A stretch of 64,000 nucleotides of DNA from an uncultured Christensenella sp. (GTDB taxonomy: Bacteria; Bacillota; Clostridia; Christensenellales; UBA1242), in contig CASFFG010000002.1 of the NCBI GenBank assembly GCA_949293905.1, positions 114,511 to 178,510 on the forward strand, in the 5' to 3' direction. Shown here one piece after another: positions 1 to 9,993 of the stretch. A program made the translations under genes and the position numbers. The notes below the pieces were generated by a model. That model did not search any database and had not been told where the DNA came from. It was given only the letters and a program-made list of their open reading frames with translations. Position 1 is the first letter of the stretch, and every line of letters begins with the position of its first letter.

Positions 1-273
1 AGCATAAAACATGGATTTATGGTCACTACTTGTGATCACCATTTTACCCCATTCTCTACATTCATGCCCGCAAGGTTTTACAACCTTACCATTCCTTAAA
101 TTTCGGTTTATTCTATCCAACCAGGTATTGCCCTTCCTGCCCTTAACGAGTTCTTCCTTAAACTCAACATCTTCGTCCAATTCAGCAAGTCTAACACTCT
201 CTTCAATTAATTTATTTAAATCAACTTTCTTTTGTGCGCGACGATTTTTAGATTTTGTAACTAGGCTGGACAT
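1..273 (-). CDS. hypothetical protein, N-terminal fragment running off the window start
   Basis: Hand translation of the minus strand from ATG (273-271) stays open to base 1 (MSSLVTKSKNRRAQKKVDLNKLIEE...KPCGHECREWGKMVITSSDHKSMFYA). GAGG Shine-Dalgarno at 282-285 lies 8 nt upstream. It is absent from the ORF track because there is no stop in the window. No family recognised. Confidence 0.45.
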   Translation of the reverse strand, partial: MSSLVTKSKNRRAQKKVDLNKLIEESVRLAELDEDVEFKEELVKGRKGNTWLDRINRNLRNGKVVKPCGHECREWGKMVITSSDHKSMFYA

Positions 274-362
274 ACTCTCTACCTCACTTTTACCCATTCT
301 ACCACGCAAGAGGACGCTTGTCAATAGTGAAATGCGAATTTTAAAAAAATTTAGTATTAACC

Positions 363-390
363 TTGCACTTATTTAAAAATTTGATATAAT
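363..390 (+). promoter_or_regulatory. sigma-70-type promoter of pth, leaderless configuration
   Basis: TTGCAC (363-368), 16-nt spacer, TGaTATAAT (382-390), then 6 nt (ATAGAT) and the pth ATG at 397. No Shine-Dalgarno is possible. Confidence 0.6.
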
Positions 391-396
391 ATAGAT

Positions 397-927
397 ATGA
401 AAGCAATTATAGGCCTAGGAAATCCAGACGGAAAATACACGACAACTTACCACAATGTGGGTTTTAATGTGGTAGATCTTTTTGCAAAACAAAACAATCT
501 AAAATTTAAAACGAAAAAATGTCGCGGACTTATCGCTCGCGGGGAAGATTACATTTTAGTAAAACCGCAAACTTACATGAATTCAAGTGGGGATTGTGTC
601 GCTGAAATAAAAAAATATTTTAAGTTATCCTTAGACGATATTTTGATAGTTTTAGACGATATTGACATGCCAAAAGGTCGCGTCCGTTTTCGTTTAAGTG
701 GAAGCGCAGGTACGCACAACGGACTTAGAGATATTGTTTCAAAAGTCGGTGAGACTCCGCGCCTTAGAATAGGTATAGACAGAGATAAAAATATGAATTT
801 AGCCGATTACGTGCTCTCTCATATCGATGAGAATAGTAAACAGATTTTATCTTCGTCTTATGCAACCGCATGTGAATTAATTCAAAAATTTATTGATGGT
901 GAGTTATGTCAAGATTTGACGATTTAA
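397..927 (+). CDS. pth: peptidyl-tRNA hydrolase
   Basis: 176-aa ORF with Pth hallmarks GLGNPdgKY..TyHNVGF and GTHNGLRD. Classic pth-mfd adjacency. Confidence 0.93.
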   Translation: MKAIIGLGNPDGKYTTTYHNVGFNVVDLFAKQNNLKFKTKKCRGLIARGEDYILVKPQTYMNSSGDCVAEIKKYFKLSLDDILIVLDDIDMPKGRVRFRLSGSAGTHNGLRDIVSKVGETPRLRIGIDRDKNMNLADYVLSHIDENSKQILSSSYATACELIQKFIDGELCQDLTI

Positions 928-3900
928 AGTCCGCTCTTTCCACTCGAACTATACTTTGCTCTAATCTAGGCTTCGGTGAGCAAGGAGCAATACTATCCCG
1001 TATGGATAGTGCTATTTTTGTTGCTCCAGATAGGGAAAGTGCTGTAGACATGAAAGCGCAACTAGACGCACTTAATAAAAACGCAATTTTAATGGACGAT
1101 TTTGATAAGCCGTTCACGACTTTTAAATTTGCAAGTAGGGAAAATATAATTGACCAAATCAATGTGCTAGATAATTTTTTATTCAACAATTCTATCGTTA
1201 TTACCACCGCTCGTGCATTATTTACCTTACTTCCAAATTTGGAAAAATTTAAGTCAAATTTTGTTGAACTTGTTAAAGGAAAAGATTATGAATTAAATGT
1301 TATCGTTAGGACATTAATTTCAATAGGATACACTAAGAGCGAGAATGTGCAAACTGTTGGAGAATTTTCTCTCCGCGGTGATATTTTAGACATTTTTATT
1401 CCAACTTATTCGCACCCAATTCGACTAGATTTTTTCGATACTAATTTAGAAAATATTTATTCGTTCGACCCATTGACTTTTGAAAAATTAGAGCAACTTT
1501 CAACAGTTAGAGTTAGCCCAAATTCACTTTTGATTCTAGAAGATGATGAGAGAAAAGCACTCATAGATAAACTAAATAAATATGCAGTCAGGGAAGAAAA
1601 ATTCTTTGATATAATTTCTCAAATTGAGCGGGGAGAAAATGTTCCTATCGAATTTTTATCCCATTTTTATCCTACAACAAGTTTAGCCGAATTAAATATT
1701 CCTATTGTAATTTCTAGTTCAATCCAAGTTGAAAATCAATATGAAAAAATATATACTGAATTCAATGATAAAATTGAGTCTACTTTTATTGATGAAGAAA
1801 TAAAAAAATTATATAAAAATTCAAAAAAATATTTAAATTTAAGCGAATTTTATGAAAAATATGCAAAATTATTAATATTTTTTGAAAATTTCGATATAAA
1901 TTCGATAAATTTAAAAAATAAATTGCCCTCAAAAAATATTGTCGAATTAGATTTTAAAACTAAAAATTTTCCATCGTTCCTTCGCGATTTAAAGTCAATT
2001 AAAGATGTTTTAAATCCTTACCTAAACAAGCAGATTTATCTATGCTTAAATTCAGTTGATACCCTTAATTCTATTAAAAAAATTTTTAGTGAACTAAGTG
2101 TTCCTTTTAGTGAAAACAAAAATGCGCACGGGATTATTTTAACTACGCTTTCAATACCGTATAATATTTGTTTTCTAGACGAAGAAAAATTCTACATCGG
2201 GTCAACCAATTTTGCACATAAAAAGAATGTAACATTAAAGCATCGCACACAAGTAAAATATCTACCTAAGGCGGGCGAATATGTTGTACACTCCACTCAT
2301 GGAATAGGAAAATGTGAAGGTATCGTCAGCATGAATATCTCTGGCGTGGATAAAGAGTTTTTCAAACTTACATACCGCGGTGGAGATACGTTATATGTCC
2401 CATGTGAGCAGGCAGATTGTCTTTCTCTATACATGGCGGACGGAGATAATGTAACGCTAAACAAACTCGGCGGAAAGGAATTCTACAATCAAAAATTAAA
2501 GGCTATTAAGTCCATTGAAGACATGAGCCGTGAACTACTCGAACTATACGCAAAACGAAAAGCAAGCAAGGGATTTAAGTATAGCGAAGATGATTATCTG
2601 TACACCGAATTTGAAAATGCGTTTGAATTTAAGGAAACTGCTGACCAACTCCAAGCGATAGCCGATGTTAAGCGAGACATGATTTCGGGCAAGGTCATGG
2701 ATAGACTAATCTGTGGTGATGTTGGATTTGGAAAGACAGAAGTCGCTATGCGCGCGCTATTTAAAGCGGTCGAAAACGGGAAGCAGGTTGCTTTCCTTGC
2801 TCCTACTACAGTACTTAGCATGCAACACTTCATGACGGCTAGTGAACGCACAAAAGATTTCGGTGTGAGAGTTGAAATGCTCAATCGCTTCCGCACGAAA
2901 AAAGAGCAGACCGAAATACTAAAAAAATTAGAATCTGGCGAATTAGATGTCATTTGTGGAACTCATAGGTTGCTGAGTGCGGACGTGAAATTTAAAGACT
3001 TGGGTTTACTTATCCTAGACGAAGAACAGCGTTTCGGCGTCAAGGCAAAGGAAAAGTTGAAAGAATTAAAACATAATGTAGATGTATTGACTCTTTCCGC
3101 CACCCCTATCCCGCGTACACTAAGCATGTCCCTCATGTCGATACGAGATATAAGCATCATTAATACTCCGCCAGTGGATAGGTTACCTATCAAAACCTAT
3201 GTCACAACCTACCAAGATGACATTATAATTCCAGCAATAAACGATGAAATAAAACGCGGTGGGCAAGTTTTAATCGTATATAATAACATTGAACAACTCT
3301 ATAAATATGCAAATTCGCTTGAAGCAAAATTAAACAATCCAAACGCACATTTTGATGTCGCGCACGGCCAAATGAACGAAATTGCACTAGAGAACGCAAT
3401 TAAAAGGCTATATGACGGCGAAACAAATGTCTTTATTTCCACAACTCTTATTGAAAATGGCGTAGACTTACCGCGGGCAAATACCCTAATCGTGCTAGAT
3501 GCCGACCGACTAGGTCTTAGTCAAATGTATCAATTACGCGGTCGTGTTGGCCGAAACAGTGAACAAGCATACGCATATTTTACTTACGATAAAAATAAAG
3601 TTCTTAGCGAAGATTCTACAAATAGATTACAGGCGATTGCTGAGAATACCGAACTAGGTAGTGGATTTAAAATTGCTATGCGCGACCTAACAATTCGTGG
3701 TGCTGGAGAATTACTCGGCAAAGTTCAGCATGGACATATGATAAAAATCGGTTATGATATGTACATGAAACTATTAAACGATACTCTCCGCCGTCTAAAT
3801 GGTGAAAAAGTGGAAGTAGATAGGGAGATTAAACTGGACATTGCCATTCCATCTAAAATCCCTTACTCGTTCGTCGACGATGAGAGCGAACGCCTTAAAA

Positions 3901-4250
3901 TTATCGCAAAAATCTCAAATATTACGACGCGTGAAAGCGTGCGAACTATTATCGGTGAACTTGTCTCTCAATATGGAAAACTTCCTAACGAAATATATAA
4001 TCTAGCAAACATTACCTTACTAAAATCCCTTGCGCAAGAAAAGAAAGTCAAAACTGTAACTTTGACCAAGACTCGCATGTCTATAACATATTATCAAGAC
4101 GCAAATGTGAGTGAACTCATAGATATGGTGCGTAAATATAGGCATTTTAAGTTCGAAAATGGTGCATTGCCTACAATCACACTTCAAGTAAACGAATTTA
4201 GTCCTATTACCGCTATGAAATATGTGCTGGAATTTTTCTCTAATAATTGA
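906..4250 (+). CDS. mfd: transcription-repair coupling factor
   Basis: 1114-aa ORF with SF2 helicase motifs GDVGFGKTEVAMRA and LILDEEQRFGV, plus the TRCF-type C-terminus. It overlaps the pth end by 22 nt and ends with TGA at 4248-4250. Confidence 0.93.
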   Translation: MSRFDDLKSALSTRTILCSNLGFGEQGAILSRMDSAIFVAPDRESAVDMKAQLDALNKNAILMDDFDKPFTTFKFASRENIIDQINVLDNFLFNNSIVITTARALFTLLPNLEKFKSNFVELVKGKDYELNVIVRTLISIGYTKSENVQTVGEFSLRGDILDIFIPTYSHPIRLDFFDTNLENIYSFDPLTFEKLEQLSTVRVSPNSLLILEDDERKALIDKLNKYAVREEKFFDIISQIERGENVPIEFLSHFYPTTSLAELNIPIVISSSIQVENQYEKIYTEFNDKIESTFIDEEIKKLYKNSKKYLNLSEFYEKYAKLLIFFENFDINSINLKNKLPSKNIVELDFKTKNFPSFLRDLKSIKDVLNPYLNKQIYLCLNSVDTLNSIKKIFSELSVPFSENKNAHGIILTTLSIPYNICFLDEEKFYIGSTNFAHKKNVTLKHRTQVKYLPKAGEYVVHSTHGIGKCEGIVSMNISGVDKEFFKLTYRGGDTLYVPCEQADCLSLYMADGDNVTLNKLGGKEFYNQKLKAIKSIEDMSRELLELYAKRKASKGFKYSEDDYLYTEFENAFEFKETADQLQAIADVKRDMISGKVMDRLICGDVGFGKTEVAMRALFKAVENGKQVAFLAPTTVLSMQHFMTASERTKDFGVRVEMLNRFRTKKEQTEILKKLESGELDVICGTHRLLSADVKFKDLGLLILDEEQRFGVKAKEKLKELKHNVDVLTLSATPIPRTLSMSLMSIRDISIINTPPVDRLPIKTYVTTYQDDIIIPAINDEIKRGGQVLIVYNNIEQLYKYANSLEAKLNNPNAHFDVAHGQMNEIALENAIKRLYDGETNVFISTTLIENGVDLPRANTLIVLDADRLGLSQMYQLRGRVGRNSEQAYAYFTYDKNKVLSEDSTNRLQAIAENTELGSGFKIAMRDLTIRGAGELLGKVQHGHMIKIGYDMYMKLLNDTLRRLNGEKVEVDREIKLDIAIPSKIPYSFVDDESERLKIIAKISNITTRESVRTIIGELVSQYGKLPNEIYNLANITLLKSLAQEKKVKTVTLTKTRMSITYYQDANVSELIDMVRKYRHFKFENGALPTITLQVNEFSPITAMKYVLEFFSNN

Positions 4251-4440
4251 TTTGCTAAAATCTTTTTGCCCCAACCTTAAATTAGTTGCTTTTTGTTATA
4301 ATATATATTATAATTGTAAATAATTTGTTAGGCGGTTTAGGCTTATTTTTAAAGCGTCTTGCATCTTGATTATTAGCCTATATTTGTTAACAGGCTCTTA
4401 ATCAATACCAACAAAATATACTCAACTAAGGAATACTTAA

Positions 4441-6342
4441 ATGAAGAAATTTACTACACTACTTATTTGTTGTTTAATGATTATCACATTCAGTTTGACC
4501 GGGTGTGCTGGTTTTTCTGTGGATAGAGTAAAATATTATAATGAAGTTGTTGCCAAAGTTGGCGACACAAATATCACTCGTTTTGAACTTTTAAATGCGT
4601 ATACTAATTATAATAATTCTTCCTATACTGGTAGCATTAGCATGGAAGATGCACTAGATATATTAATAGACAGGGAAGCCCTATATCAATACGCCCTAGG
4701 GAAAGACGAATATGCATTAACTAACTACCAGTTGAATACCTTAATCAGTGACCTATTTGATTCGATTGACGAACAGGTGGCGGATTATATTGTAGAAGCG
4801 AAAGGCATATTAAATATTGCTATTCCGGATAGCGAAGATGAAGAAAACGATACCGCTTATCTATATAGCGACTATGTCTACACTCCGCGCGCAAAGGTTG
4901 TGACCGAGCGAGTTTACTACACTGACGGAACATTGACGACCATATCTAATACACCTACCGATTTCTATGTTGACAACAGTAGAATTGAATATCAAATCGA
5001 AAACGAAACAATAGACAGTTATGTTATTGATAGCGAAGTAATAAGCGCATATGTTGAAGATGCTAAGGACGGAAAGGTTGAAAACAGCACTCTTGAAACT
5101 ACTATTGAAACAATAAAAGATGCATATCTTTCTCACTTTGAGAACGATTTAGTTGAAGAAGAGCGCGCAAGTGAAATCTATGATAAGGTAATAGATTTGC
5201 TCGCGGACGACTTAATAAGTTATGAATATTACCTACGCGACGCGAACAATAAGCCTTATAATACTGTAACGGACGACCTTCTTTATAGATATTTTGAAAG
5301 GAATTTTACTTCACAGGTTAAGTCACAATATTTAACCAACATACGCACTAATTACTTAAAGACTGAAACATTATCGATTGAAGCACTTACTACCGCTTAT
5401 TCTTCATTGGTTAGAGCGGATAGAGATAAATACTTAAATCACACAGATGTCTATAAAGATGACATGCAAGGTATAGGCACTGATGCAGATGAAATTTATT
5501 ACCACCCTACTCTAACTGACGGAACTGAATTTGGATATTTCATTCACGTTCTATTTAACTTCACAGACGAAGAAGACGGTGAAGAAAATCAAACTGATGA
5601 CATCGCTAAATACGATGAGATGCTCGCAAATGGAATTATTGATGAAGATACTTATAATAACCTTGTTCAACAGATTGCAGAGCAAACTATCATAAATGTG
5701 CGTAATAGTAAAACGGGATTAATAGACGATACTGCTACTCTCAGCGAAGTAATGAGAGAGTATTACGATATTTATAAAATTACGGACGCAACGGATAGAT
5801 TATATGAGTTCATTCAATTCATGTTTAAATATACTGGCGATACGGCGACTCTATCTTCTGGTATGCCGTATGTAGTTGGTAACAACGGCTATAGTGAAAT
5901 GGTTGATGAATTTAATGACGAAGCACTCTCACTTATGGACGAAATTAAGGACGGAAGTTTGACCGTTCCTATGAGTGACCCTAATACAAACGGATATTGT
6001 ATATCCACATACGGAATACATTTAATCTACTATATTGGTGATGTAAGTGAAATTGGAGTTGTTCCTACTATTGATAATGTATATATCTCTGCGATAGATA
6101 AAGCGGAAGGGACAAACCTATATAAAACCACTCGCAATTATAAAACCACTCGCAATCCACTAACTAATGAAACTTATTTTGATGCTTTGTTTGACCTAGT
6201 ATATCCAGCAGATAGCGATAGTGTGTTCACTTCTAATACGGGTTACAGCGACTACGAAGAGATACTTGTGGAAGACGCTAAGTCAAATATAAAAGTCACT
6301 AAATATACTACTAGAATTAATTCAACAACTGCTAGTTTATAA
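4441..6342 (+). CDS. PrsA/SurA-like foldase lipoprotein (parvulin-type PPIase-like), large variant
   Basis: Signal peptide with lipobox LTGC (Cys22). SurA-N-like start (VVAKVGDTNITRFELLNAY) and parvulin-like STYGIHLIYY near the C-terminus. AAGGAA RBS. The position after mfd is typical of Bacillota. Domains assigned by eye only. Confidence 0.6.
   Translation: MKKFTTLLICCLMIITFSLTGCAGFSVDRVKYYNEVVAKVGDTNITRFELLNAYTNYNNSSYTGSISMEDALDILIDREALYQYALGKDEYALTNYQLNTLISDLFDSIDEQVADYIVEAKGILNIAIPDSEDEENDTAYLYSDYVYTPRAKVVTERVYYTDGTLTTISNTPTDFYVDNSRIEYQIENETIDSYVIDSEVISAYVEDAKDGKVENSTLETTIETIKDAYLSHFENDLVEEERASEIYDKVIDLLADDLISYEYYLRDANNKPYNTVTDDLLYRYFERNFTSQVKSQYLTNIRTNYLKTETLSIEALTTAYSSLVRADRDKYLNHTDVYKDDMQGIGTDADEIYYHPTLTDGTEFGYFIHVLFNFTDEEDGEENQTDDIAKYDEMLANGIIDEDTYNNLVQQIAEQTIINVRNSKTGLIDDTATLSEVMREYYDIYKITDATDRLYEFIQFMFKYTGDTATLSSGMPYVVGNNGYSEMVDEFNDEALSLMDEIKDGSLTVPMSDPNTNGYCISTYGIHLIYYIGDVSEIGVVPTIDNVYISAIDKAEGTNLYKTTRNYKTTRNPLTNETYFDALFDLVYPADSDSVFTSNTGYSDYEEILVEDAKSNIKVTKYTTRINSTTASL
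6121..6156 (+). repeat. perfect 18-bp tandem duplication inside the prsA-like CDS
   Basis: TATAAAACCACTCGCAAT occurs at 6121-6138 and again at 6139-6156. It is in frame and gives YKTTRN-YKTTRN. Confidence 0.95.
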
Positions 6343-6370
6343 AAATTATTAGTAATTAAAATATTCAAAT

Positions 6371-6425
6371 AAAAAAATACTGAATGTTAAGTTTATATTT
6401 CTGCTTAAATTTCAGTATTTTTTTA
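6371..6425 (+). terminator. rho-independent terminator after the prsA-like gene
   Basis: AAATACTGAA (6375-6384) pairs with TTCAGTATTT (6411-6420). Inner pairing TTAAG/CTTAA. Followed by a T-run to 6424. Confidence 0.7.
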
Positions 6426-6636
6426 GAGTGAGAAAGTTATACTTAACTTTAAAATATTCAATATTATTTTATAGTTTTTTAATTTCAACTCTCTATAATA
6501 TATATTTGCACACTACATATTGAATAAAAAACTTAACCTGATAAATTATTTATATAAAAATATAAATTTTTCTAAATAATTTTGAATAAAAAGAACTTTT
6601 TCACACAAACTAGCCTTGTATTTAAAGGAGAGTTTT

Positions 6637-7230
6637 ATGCGAAACACATCTAGCGCAAGAAGACGAGTATCTTATTCTACTATTGCTATCGTTATATTAT
6701 CTATTTTACTCATTGCGAGTATTGGCATAGGAGTTACACTTGCTTACTTCACATCAAGTGCAACAGTTGCGGGTGATATCACCCTAGGTGACCCAGTCAC
6801 TATCTCTATCACACAAGGTGGAGCGAGTGTTTCTACTCTCACCTTCTCTGGTGACGCACTGCCTGGTGATGTATATGACCAGCCAATAGGTATTAGCGCA
6901 CCAGCGGAAATGACTGAAGCCTTAGCACGCGCAAAACTTACAATATCAAACGCTGACGGAGCAACTGAAAATGTCGAAGCAACCGCCACTTCTAATTGGC
7001 AATTAGGAAGCGACCAATACTATTATTATAAAGGTAGCATTAATGCAAACGACAATGTTGACTTCGTAACAGCGGTAACAATTCCAACTACTTTAACAAA
7101 CGAAGACGCCAATAAGACCTTTAATATTCAAGTTGTCGTCGAAACTATACAAAAAGCAAACAATGCAGCGAACGCAGTTTGGACTACTGCTCCAGAAGAT
7201 TGGTTAGAGGCCTACTCTCCAGCAACTTAA
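6637..7230 (+). CDS. secreted protein with SipW-cognate-type signal peptide (TasA/camelysin-like)
   Basis: Start moved to ATG 6637 behind AAGGAGAG (6625-6632). The N-terminus MRNTSSARRR...IGIGVTLAYFTSSATVAGDITLG matches the AYFT-type SipW-dependent signal pattern. About 197 aa, in the TasA-family size range. Confidence 0.6.
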   Translation: MRNTSSARRRVSYSTIAIVILSILLIASIGIGVTLAYFTSSATVAGDITLGDPVTISITQGGASVSTLTFSGDALPGDVYDQPIGISAPAEMTEALARAKLTISNADGATENVEATATSNWQLGSDQYYYYKGSINANDNVDFVTAVTIPTTLTNEDANKTFNIQVVVETIQKANNAANAVWTTAPEDWLEAYSPAT

Positions 7231-7234
7231 AAAG

Positions 7235-7266
7235 AAAAATCCACCATGTTTACTGGTGGATTTTTG
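7235..7266. terminator. bidirectional rho-independent terminator between convergent genes
   Basis: ATCCACCA (7239-7246) pairs with TGGTGGAT (7254-7261). An A-run lies on the left and a T-run on the right. Confidence 0.8.
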
Positions 7267-7848
7267 CTATTTATCTCCAAGAGATAGGTAGTCGTTAGGG
7301 TCAACTTTCACGCCGTTTACGGTCATTTCAAAATGTAAGTGTGCGCCGTTGTTGAGTTCTTGCGCCATACTATCACTAGCCTGACCAATTACAGTACCCG
7401 CACTCACGCTGTCGCCAGTTGAAACTGCGACGCTATCTTCGGCTAACGATTTGTAGATAGATATTACTCCGTTTGCATGCGTTATCTCCACCACTGTCCC
7501 TTCGAGATAGTTGGTGTACACATTGGAGACTGTTCCGTCCGCTACTGCCATAACGTCACTATTCTCACCCGCGGAAAAATCAATCGCTTTATGAATTTCC
7601 CACTGTTTTAAAGTGTCGTTATACTGCAATTCACTTCCTGAATAGTCCTTTTGAATTGTGTAGTCGCGCATAGGTACGATGTAAGAGTTCGTCGATACAT
7701 TAACCGAGCCGTTGTTCATACCTGTACTACTATTTCTAGTCGTTACTGCGATAACTACCGCACACGCAACTATAAGTAATCCAATAATTGTAGCATAGAC
7801 ATAGGTCAATATCGTTTTTTTCTTTTGCTGAGAGTTTGCGTTGTTCAT
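7267..7848 (-). CDS. membrane-anchored M23 family metallopeptidase
   Basis: N-terminal TM helix. LytM/M23 motifs HKAIDF (HxxxD) and GAHLHFEM (HxH). Start set to ATG 7848, because AAGGAGG sits inside the TTG-start extension given in the ORF track. Confidence 0.85.
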   Translation of the reverse strand: MNNANSQQKKKTILTYVYATIIGLLIVACAVVIAVTTRNSSTGMNNGSVNVSTNSYIVPMRDYTIQKDYSGSELQYNDTLKQWEIHKAIDFSAGENSDVMAVADGTVSNVYTNYLEGTVVEITHANGVISIYKSLAEDSVAVSTGDSVSAGTVIGQASDSMAQELNNGAHLHFEMTVNGVKVDPNDYLSLGDK

Positions 7849-8041
7849 ATTTCCTCCTTGCAATGATAATATCCATTAAACGAACTTTTAAACATTTCTT
7901 TATTTTTGAATTTGGTTAAAATTTTTAAAAATAGTAGAAAATTTTAGTATTTTTTGTAGAATTTTAATTAATTTTATCATTTTTAATTTATTTTTTTATT
8001 TTTATTTATTTAATAATATTTTTTATTTAAAATTAACATAT

Positions 8042-8458
8042 TTAAAAACTACCTAAAATTAATGGCCAACCAATTATACAATATTCATCATAGCATGCGA
8101 TTTGTAGATTGACGGTCGCATCAAATGCATTAACACTAGTTTCAATTTTGTTAGTGTAGGCATAAATTACTACGGCATCTTCCACCCACTCGCTTTTAAT
8201 AATGTACGCATCTAAATCATCGATAGCGCTGGATACTTCAAAATCGTATATCTTCATACTTTCACCTATTATTTCATTTGTTTCAATATTATCAGCAGTC
8301 ATGTAGCAAAAACCTAAAAATACACTATTATCTACATTCTTGTCTACATAGGCGTAATATTCTCCAGAAAAATAGTCTCTTAAACTAAAATTATTCTCTT
8401 TCTTTTCGCCAGCGACTAAGATAATAAAAAGTGTCGCAATTATTAAAAGTTTCTTCAT
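8042..8458 (-). CDS. hypothetical signal-anchored protein (possibly YwmB/DUF1779-like)
   Basis: N-terminal hydrophobic segment MKKLLIIATLFIILVAG. C-terminal NLQIACYDEYCIIGWPLILGSF is reminiscent of the YwmB family end. Weak recognition by eye. Confidence 0.4.
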   Translation of the reverse strand: MKKLLIIATLFIILVAGEKKENNFSLRDYFSGEYYAYVDKNVDNSVFLGFCYMTADNIETNEIIGESMKIYDFEVSSAIDDLDAYIIKSEWVEDAVVIYAYTNKIETSVNAFDATVNLQIACYDEYCIIGWPLILGSF

Positions 8459-8621
8459 GTACTAATATTTTCCATATAAAATTCTTTCTAATCACGACAA
8501 GGATAAAATAAATATACGATTTTGTAAAATTTTAAATTAAATAAAATTATAATAATTAATGCAAAAATATAAAAAATCAAATTAATTATATTTTTATTTA
8601 AATATTTATTTCTTAAATAAA

Positions 8622-9548
8622 TTAAAATGAAAAAAGATTGTATAAATAGAAATACCCCAGTATTCCGTCTGTATTCTTACAATAATGTTTTAATTTAAAA
8701 ATCATTTCATCTAAAATATTTTTTTCAATATTGACCAATAAATATTCTTTGATTTTTTCGCGAGTTTTAGTGCAAGTTAAGTTTAACATATTAAAATTAA
8801 GTTCAATCAAATTCGGCAAAACATTATTTTTTGTCATGGCATAAAATTTGTCTATCGCGTCATAATCTTCACGTGATGATTTATATATATCTACTAATGA
8901 AAGCGTATGAGATTTGCATGCTGAAATTGTAAGTACAAAGGCTGTAATTAAAAGATAATCTAAAATAGGAAGATACTTATATTCAATGTTTTCTTCAATC
9001 AATATTTTTAAATCAATGAATTCAAATGAGTTCCCTAATTCATTTAACAAATTTAATGTATTTGTTTGAGTCACTGCAGAGGAAGAAAAATCAAATTCTA
9101 CTTCAGTTTTCCCATTATAAACAATTTCATTAAGGTAGTTATAAAATCTATTAAAATAAATGCTCGTAATAGCGTTCATATCAACGCGCCCGTGCTCTAA
9201 ACATATATAGTTTTCATTACTACGCGCTAAAACAATGTATGGCAAATAGTTCCCATCTATACAAAAGAAAAAATTTATAAAATCTCGCGTATCAATTTTT
9301 GATTGAAGAAAACTATCCACATTGCATAAAAAAATTAGCATCTTATATCCGTCATTTAGCATATTTTTATCTAACGATTTTATGTTCGATTTATTAAATA
9401 TACATTTTCCTTTAATTGCTTGTTCTATTTTAAAAAGTTCTGTATTCGCAACATTTTCGTCATATAATAACATTACTTTTTGGTATATTGCGTACGATTC
9501 AACAGCACATGTTAACTCTTCATAAAAATTATCATAAATTATATTCAT
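8622..9548 (-). CDS. hypothetical protein (308 aa)
   Basis: Long ORF with its own promoter in leaderless geometry. No family recognised. Confidence 0.5.
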   Translation of the reverse strand: MNIIYDNFYEELTCAVESYAIYQKVMLLYDENVANTELFKIEQAIKGKCIFNKSNIKSLDKNMLNDGYKMLIFLCNVDSFLQSKIDTRDFINFFFCIDGNYLPYIVLARSNENYICLEHGRVDMNAITSIYFNRFYNYLNEIVYNGKTEVEFDFSSSAVTQTNTLNLLNELGNSFEFIDLKILIEENIEYKYLPILDYLLITAFVLTISACKSHTLSLVDIYKSSREDYDAIDKFYAMTKNNVLPNLIELNFNMLNLTCTKTREKIKEYLLVNIEKNILDEMIFKLKHYCKNTDGILGYFYLYNLFSF

Positions 9549-9554
9549 GCTCTT

Positions 9555-9583
9555 ATTTTAGCACATATTTTTAAACCTGCTAA
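9555..9583 (-). promoter_or_regulatory. promoter, leaderless configuration, for the 308-aa gene
   Basis: Minus strand: TTAGCA (9583-9578), 17-nt spacer, TGcTAAAAT (9563-9555), 6 nt, ATG at 9548. Confidence 0.55.
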
Positions 9584-9689
9584 AACGAAAAATAGAAAAT
9601 TATATCGAACGAATGAAATATCTTGTCGTAAGTGTAGAAAATGCTTTACTTTTCCCCGCCTTTTAGATAAAATAAAACTAGGAGGCAAC

Positions 9690-9917
9690 ATGGAAGAGAA
9701 AATCATTAATTTAATCGCCGAAAAGTTGGGTAAGAAAGCAAGTTCTATTACACGCGAAAGTCGTCTAATCGAAGATTTAGAAGCGGATAGTTTAGATATC
9801 GTTGAACTTATCATGACTTTTGAAGATGAATTTGGAATTAGTTTACCTGATGAAGATGTCTCTAAATTGAAGACAGTCGGTAATATCGTAGATTATATTA
9901 ATAACTTAAAAAAATAA
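9690..9917 (+). CDS. acpP: acyl carrier protein
   Basis: 75 aa with the phosphopantetheine site LEADSLDIVELIM. AGGAGG RBS. It stands alone, with no fab genes adjacent. Confidence 0.9.
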   Translation: MEEKIINLIAEKLGKKASSITRESRLIEDLEADSLDIVELIMTFEDEFGISLPDEDVSKLKTVGNIVDYINNLKK

Positions 9918-9943
9918 TCTATTTTACAATTTAAAATCGATAT

Positions 9944-9978
9944 AAAAAAAACGGATATTTTATTAGTCCGTTTTTTTT
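9944..9978. terminator. bidirectional rho-independent terminator
   Basis: AAAAAAAACGGA (9944-9955) pairs with TCCGTTTTTTTT (9967-9978), between convergent acpP and the 207-aa gene. Confidence 0.75.
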
Positions 9979-9993
9979 GTTTTAATCTATTAT

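Noticed and set aside
11-376. 121-aa plus-strand ORF at the window start
   Set aside because: It is low-complexity and Ser/Leu-rich with no RBS. It lies antisense to a minus-strand ORF that has a GAGG RBS and stays open to the window edge, so the minus-strand reading is more credible.
4248-4250. Possibility that the genome uses a TGA-recoding genetic code (table 4 or 25), prompted by the in-frame TGA in the YjbR-like gene and the low GC content
   Set aside because: TGA terminates mfd at the expected C-terminus. Very long conserved ORFs (mfd, ftsH, the P-type ATPase, relA) contain no in-frame TGA, and Trp is encoded by TGG throughout.
7864-8041. Periodic AT-rich intergenic repeats that could superficially resemble a CRISPR array or minisatellite. 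The same applies to 39058-39306, 47907-48171 and 54848-54974.
   Set aside because: There is no repeat-spacer structure with conserved repeats of 24 nt or more, and no cas genes. The periodicity comes from short T-tracts only.
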